In this document: positions 57,170 to 61,670 of the stretch, piece after piece
Position numbering within the stretch: position 1 is the first letter of the stretch
Layout: each line of letters starts with the position of its first letter
Source: a virus
Taxonomy: Duplodnaviria > Caudoviricetes
Length of the DNA: 61,670 nucleotides
Strand: one strand, 5' to 3'
IMG/VR virus record: IMGVR_UViG_3300042402_004691
Coordinates: 1 to 61,670 of that record
Translations under genes and position numbers: made by a program
The notes under the pieces: model-generated
Seen by the model: only the letters and a program-made list of their open reading frames with translations
Databases searched by the model: none
What the model was told of the DNA's origin: nothing

Positions 57170-58291
57170 ATGCCAGCAACATCACAACAACAACAAAAAC
57201 TTTTTGGATTAGCACTATCGGTGAAAAGGGGTGAAACTCCACGAAGTGAAGCCAGTGATGAGGTATTGAATATAGTAGATACTATGAGTGAAAAAGATAT
57301 TGAAGATTTTGCAGCAACATCTTATAGTGGATTACCTACAAAAGTAGAAAGTTTAATACGAAACTTGGTAAGAGAAACTTTTAGAAACGAAATCCTAAAC
57401 GAAGAAGAAGAGCAGTTAGATGAAAAACTAATTACATTCTCAAATCGTTCACCTTATGGGCAGATTGTGTTTATAGCAGGTGGAGCTGGTAGTGGTAAAG
57501 GATTTGCAGTATCAAACTTTTTGGACTCATCTGGATTTAAGGTGAGAGATGTGGATGAGATGAAAAAGCAAATCCAAAAGTTAAACGCTATTGGTAAAAT
57601 CTCAATTCAGCAGATATTAGACAAATTTAGCAGAAATATCGCACCAAAGGATATCGATATTATAAAGAAAATACAGGCAGATGGGTTTGAGTTAAAAACA
57701 ATGAACTTAAAAAACCCAGATCATGTGTACGCATTACATATTCTCGTAGATGCTATGGGTATCAAAGATAAAACTTTGGAAAATATGTTAGCTGCAAAAT
57801 CTAATCCAGAAACATTACCAAATATTATTTTTGATATTACTGCTAAAAAAGTCACTTCAATAACTGAAGTATTACCAGCATTGGAAAGTGTAGGATACAA
57901 AGCTGAAAATATACATTTAGTTTGGGTTCTTACTGATTACAACATTGCAATCAAACAAAATGCGGATAGAGAAAGAGTTGTTCCTGCTGATATTATGTTA
58001 CAGACTCATGTTGGAGCTGGAAACACAATTTGGGGAATTGTAACTTCTGCATTACCAAAAGGTATGAATGGTAGAGTTGATGTGATACTAAACAATCAAG
58101 AAAACACTATATTCTACATCCAAAGAACAACTGATAAAAAGACTGGAAAGAAAAAACCTGTTGTATCTGGGTTCTTATCCTTACCTGTTAAAAAGCAGGG
58201 TGGTGGAATACTTCCAGAAAAAGTATGGAGAGATATACTCTATAAGTGGATTAAAGATAACGGTCCAGAAGAATTAACATCTAATATGTAA
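57170..58291 (+). CDS. P-loop kinase-like protein with N-terminal PATSQQQQK module
   Basis: GGAGSGKG Walker A, DVD, IIFDIT, NADRER lid (zeta-toxin/PNK-like); LDE junction before the kinase. Confidence 0.7.
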   Translation: MPATSQQQQKLFGLALSVKRGETPRSEASDEVLNIVDTMSEKDIEDFAATSYSGLPTKVESLIRNLVRETFRNEILNEEEEQLDEKLITFSNRSPYGQIVFIAGGAGSGKGFAVSNFLDSSGFKVRDVDEMKKQIQKLNAIGKISIQQILDKFSRNIAPKDIDIIKKIQADGFELKTMNLKNPDHVYALHILVDAMGIKDKTLENMLAAKSNPETLPNIIFDITAKKVTSITEVLPALESVGYKAENIHLVWVLTDYNIAIKQNADRERVVPADIMLQTHVGAGNTIWGIVTSALPKGMNGRVDVILNNQENTIFYIQRTTDKKTGKKKPVVSGFLSLPVKKQGGGILPEKVWRDILYKWIKDNGPEELTSNM

Positions 58292-58298
58292 TCAAACT

Positions 58299-58326
58299 AA
58301 AGAGGTCCAAATAGACCTCTTTTTTT
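58299..58326 (+). terminator. Intrinsic terminator
   Basis: AAAGAGGTC/GACCTCTTT stem plus T-run. Confidence 0.85.
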
Positions 58327-58527
58327 ATTTCTAAAGAAAAAATTATATTTTTTATTGTTTTATAAAAAAGTATATACTTATTATTATAATAATCCATTAT
58401 CATATGGGTTTATTGGTTAATGAATACCCACCAATTTTTTATGTGAGGTCACCGAACAACCAATCCTTAACAATTTTTATTGTGGTTTTTTAATAACCAT
58501 AGAAGAGACAAAACAAAGGATTAAACA

Positions 58528-59652
58528 ATGTCTAAAAGTAAATTATTGAAAGAAGCTATTGCTGATGCCAAAGCGGTAAGAGAAACTGCTATTGCAAACG
58601 CTAAAATAGCATTGGAAGAAGCATTTACTCCACGATTACAAGCAGTCTTATCTAGAAAACTCCAAGCAGAAATGGAAGGAGAAGAAGAAGAGGCTGATTT
58701 GGGCGAAGAGTATGGTGCAGAAGATGTAGAAGCTACTGACTCATCTGAGTTAGGAGCAGGTGAGGGTGGTACAGGAAGTGGAACAACTGGAGCAGAGCCT
58801 GAAGGTGACGCAACAGATGCTCATACTGAATTAGACCCTGAAACTGATGCGGAAACCGCAGCTGCTGGTGAAGAAGATGAAAATATGCCAGTTGCTGAAG
58901 GTGAAGATGAATTCGATTTCGAAGATGAAATGGGTGGAGAAGAAGACGAAGATGAGATGGATTTGGAAGCTATCATTAGAGAATTAGAAGGTGAAATGGA
59001 CGGTGAAGAAGAAATGCACGAAGAGGAGGAAGAATTCGCTGGTGCTGATGCAGCCGTAGCTCCTGAAGTGGACGAAAAAGAAGCTGAAATTGCCGAACTA
59101 AAAGCTAGATTAGCTGAATTAGAAGGTGAAGATGCTGAAGAAGTTCCTGCTGGAGAAGAAGAAATGGATTTCGATCAAGAAATCGATTTGGATGAAATCC
59201 TAAGAGAAATGGGATATGGTGATGACGAGGAAGTTACCGAAGAAGAAGAAGCAGATGCAGCTCATACAGCTGAATTGGAAGCTGATTTGGAAGAGGCTTA
59301 TAAGACTATCAAATCATTAAGAAGTACAATCAATGAAGTAAATCTTCTAAATGCAAAATTACTTTACACTAACAAATTGTTCAGAGGTTACAACCTTACA
59401 AATGAGCAAAAAGTAAAAGTAGTTGAGAACTTAGACAGAACTTCATCTGTAAGAGAAGTAAAATTGGTTTACGCTACACTTGCTGAAAGTATGAAATTCA
59501 CAGGTACAGAGAAGAAAGCATCTATTAAGAAAAGCATAACCGAAGGTTTAGCTTCTAAGAAAACTGCTTCAACTGCACCTAAGAAGGAAATTATCACAGA
59601 AAGTGCCGATACAATGGCTAACAGATTTAAGAAATTAGCTGGTATCATTTAA
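58528..59652 (+). CDS. Prohead core scaffolding protein (gp22-like)
   Basis: Extremely acidic centre, coiled-coil ends, immediately upstream of the major capsid gene. Confidence 0.8.
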   Translation: MSKSKLLKEAIADAKAVRETAIANAKIALEEAFTPRLQAVLSRKLQAEMEGEEEEADLGEEYGAEDVEATDSSELGAGEGGTGSGTTGAEPEGDATDAHTELDPETDAETAAAGEEDENMPVAEGEDEFDFEDEMGGEEDEDEMDLEAIIRELEGEMDGEEEMHEEEEEFAGADAAVAPEVDEKEAEIAELKARLAELEGEDAEEVPAGEEEMDFDQEIDLDEILREMGYGDDEEVTEEEEADAAHTAELEADLEEAYKTIKSLRSTINEVNLLNAKLLYTNKLFRGYNLTNEQKVKVVENLDRTSSVREVKLVYATLAESMKFTGTEKKASIKKSITEGLASKKTASTAPKKEIITESADTMANRFKKLAGII

Positions 59653-59679
59653 TATTAAATAAAAAACAAAAAAAATAAA

Positions 59680-61299
59680 ATGGCAAATTTTGATTTAACT
59701 AAATTAATGGAGGGTAAAAACCCACAGTCCGTAATGTTGGAACAAACAAGAGGATTGAAAAGTAAATGGACCAAAACTGGTCTATTAGAAGGCTTGAAAG
59801 AAAGAGATCAGCATGCAATGTCTGTTCTTCTTGAAAACCAAGCTAAGCAATTATTGGATGAGGCAACTCAAACTGGTACTGCTGCTGGTTCTGAAGAGTG
59901 GAGTGGTGTTGCTCTACCTTTGGTAAGACGTATCTTTGGTGATATTGCATCAAAAGAATTCGTTTCTGTACAACCTATGAACTTACCATCTGGTCTTATT
60001 TTCTATCTAGACTTCAAATATGGTAACGCTGTAGCTGGAAGAACTGATACTGAATCACTTTTCGGTGGTGATGCTAACGCTAAATTGGGATCTACTAACG
60101 TAGCTGCTAACGGTCTTTATGGTGAAGGACGATATGGTTATTCAGTAAACGAAGACTCTGATAGTGGAGTAACTTTCACTTCTGCTTCTGCAACTTGGAG
60201 TGAAGTTGGATATGATGGAGCACTTTCTGCATCTATTGTAGCTGGACAAATCTTCAAAGTAACTGTAGCTTCTACTCAATTGACTCCAACTTTGGCTGGT
60301 TCAACTGTTGATGCTGAAGCTGTTCGTTCATTCGTAGTTTCTGGTTCTAATGTTATTTCTAACATTTCTCAGTTCCACGCTAAAGCTGGTTCTAACTTCG
60401 TATTCTTTGTTTCTGGTTCTGCTTCTGCAGCTATTGCAGGTGTTAAGGTAACTTACTCTGTAGTTCCTGCTGATTACAACAGAGGTGATTTCGAAGATAA
60501 AGACCCTATCAATGGAACTGGTACTTCTGGTTTGAATGATGGAACTGACCTTCAGATCCCAGAAATCGATTTGGAACTTCGTTCTGAAGCCATCGTTGCT
60601 AAGACTCGTAAGTTGAAGGCAGTATGGACTCCTGAATTGGCACAAGATTTGAATGCTTACCATTCAATCGATGCTGAAGCTGAATTGACTTCTATGTTAT
60701 CTGATTACATCTCTTTGGAAATCGATTTGGAAATCCTTGATATGTTGAAGGCTAACGCTTTGACAACTGATTACTGGTCCGCAACCGTTGGTGAGGAATT
60801 GGTAAATGGTACTTGGGTAGCTGGAACAAACGCTTTGGCTTACCAGAAGAACACTTGGTTCCAAACTTTGGGTGTTAAATTGAACAAAGTATCTAACAAA
60901 ATCCATCAGTTAACTCTTAGAGGTGGTGCTAACTTTATCGTAGCTTCTCCAGATGTATGTACTATTTTGGAATCAATTCCTGGTTTCGTAGTAACTTCTG
61001 AGAAGGATAGCATGAAGTTCGCTGCTGGTGTAACTCAAGTAGGTGCACTTTCTAACAGATACACTGTATATAAGAACCCTTATATGACTTCTAACGAAAT
61101 CTTATTGGGTTACAGAGGAAATAACTTCTTGGAGACTGGTGCGGTTTACGCTCCTTATGTACCGTTGATTATGACTCCTTTGGTGTACGATCCTCAAAAT
61201 TTCACCCCAAGACGTGGTGTGATGACAAGATACGCTAAGAAATTAGTTCGTCCTGAGTACTATGGTAAGATCTACATCAAAGATTTGAATTCTTTGTAA
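59680..61299 (+). CDS. Major capsid protein (T4 gp23-like)
   Basis: LLENQ, LVRR, VQPM..P.GL.F, AKTRKLKA.WT.E.AQDL...H.IDAE.EL, YAPYVPL, DP..F.P..G..TRY. Confidence 0.97.
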   Translation: MANFDLTKLMEGKNPQSVMLEQTRGLKSKWTKTGLLEGLKERDQHAMSVLLENQAKQLLDEATQTGTAAGSEEWSGVALPLVRRIFGDIASKEFVSVQPMNLPSGLIFYLDFKYGNAVAGRTDTESLFGGDANAKLGSTNVAANGLYGEGRYGYSVNEDSDSGVTFTSASATWSEVGYDGALSASIVAGQIFKVTVASTQLTPTLAGSTVDAEAVRSFVVSGSNVISNISQFHAKAGSNFVFFVSGSASAAIAGVKVTYSVVPADYNRGDFEDKDPINGTGTSGLNDGTDLQIPEIDLELRSEAIVAKTRKLKAVWTPELAQDLNAYHSIDAEAELTSMLSDYISLEIDLEILDMLKANALTTDYWSATVGEELVNGTWVAGTNALAYQKNTWFQTLGVKLNKVSNKIHQLTLRGGANFIVASPDVCTILESIPGFVVTSEKDSMKFAAGVTQVGALSNRYTVYKNPYMTSNEILLGYRGNNFLETGAVYAPYVPLIMTPLVYDPQNFTPRRGVMTRYAKKLVRPEYYGKIYIKDLNSL

Positions 61300-61316
61300 G
61301 ATTTGAATAAATAATT

Positions 61317-61346
61317 AAAAGGGGGGTTTTTAACTCCCCTTTTTTT
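61317..61346. terminator. Bidirectional intrinsic terminator between convergent genes
   Basis: AAAAGGGGGGTT/AACTCCCCTTTT stem with T-run on + and A-run upstream. Confidence 0.85.
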
Positions 61347-61354
61347 ATGTCCAA

Positions 61355-61645
61355 TTATTTCTTAAAAACTGATACTTTCCACGCTTCATTCAATTCCTCT
61401 TTACTAAATCCATGTTCCAAAAAGAAAGGGAATAGTTTAGTTTTTTTCCATTCCGTCAATTCTTTATTGTAATTCGTATTGGGTACAGTCACTTGTCCTG
61501 CGGGTGTGTAGGTATTACCCATATTAGTCCGAAGCCGTTCTTTGGGTGCGGGACTGATAAGAGATGAATAATACATCATCGCTTTTCGTAATCCTTCTTC
61601 AGTTACACTCCTCAAAACTTTGGAAACTCTTTCGGTACTAGTCAT
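61355..61645 (-). CDS. Hypothetical protein
   Basis: 96-aa ORF convergent on the capsid terminator. Confidence 0.6.
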   Translation of the reverse strand: MTSTERVSKVLRSVTEEGLRKAMMYYSSLISPAPKERLRTNMGNTYTPAGQVTVPNTNYNKELTEWKKTKLFPFFLEHGFSKEELNEAWKVSVFKK

Positions 61646-61670
61646 AATATAGGGGTTTGGGGGTTGTACT

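Noticed and set aside
1-61670. Stop-codon reassignment as in some large Bacteroidota phages
   Set aside because: Code 11 gives full-length genes with dense coverage; TAG and TGA both end genes (46389, 36763)
1-61670. tRNA, rRNA, integrase or transposase; tail sheath, tube and tape measure
   Set aside because: None recognised by eye; intergenic gaps are short, and these tail genes probably lie outside the window

Overview
This window is part of a large, AT-rich, T4-like (gp17/gp20/gp21/gp22/gp23 head module, gp6/gp25-type baseplate) myovirus genome in the standard genetic code, with almost all genes on the + strand. The host is very probably Bacteroidota: five TTGG-N19-TATATTTG promoters and A-rich starts without Shine-Dalgarno. 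Gene order: spanin-like gene and RimK-RimB fusion; baseplate cluster with CHAP and GH24 wall hydrolases; GIY-YIG, primase and a fused SbcD-SbcC; a 2216-aa tail fibre; a coupled glycosyltransferase / TibC-Aah-type O-heptosyltransferase / ADP-heptose operon; a candidate structured ncRNA; a 1276-aa multi-enzyme protein; terminase, portal, a block of modular putative head proteins, prohead protease, DNA methyltransferase, kinase, scaffold and major capsid protein. Top hypotheses: (1) a phage-encoded virion O-heptosylation system matched by [S/T]-[G/A]-S enrichment in outer virion proteins; (2) a capsid-cargo polyprotein system whose modules are delimited by prohead-protease-type x-x-E sites; (3) a 6S-like ncRNA behind a host promoter. 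All product calls come from motif recognition by eye; no database searches were run.
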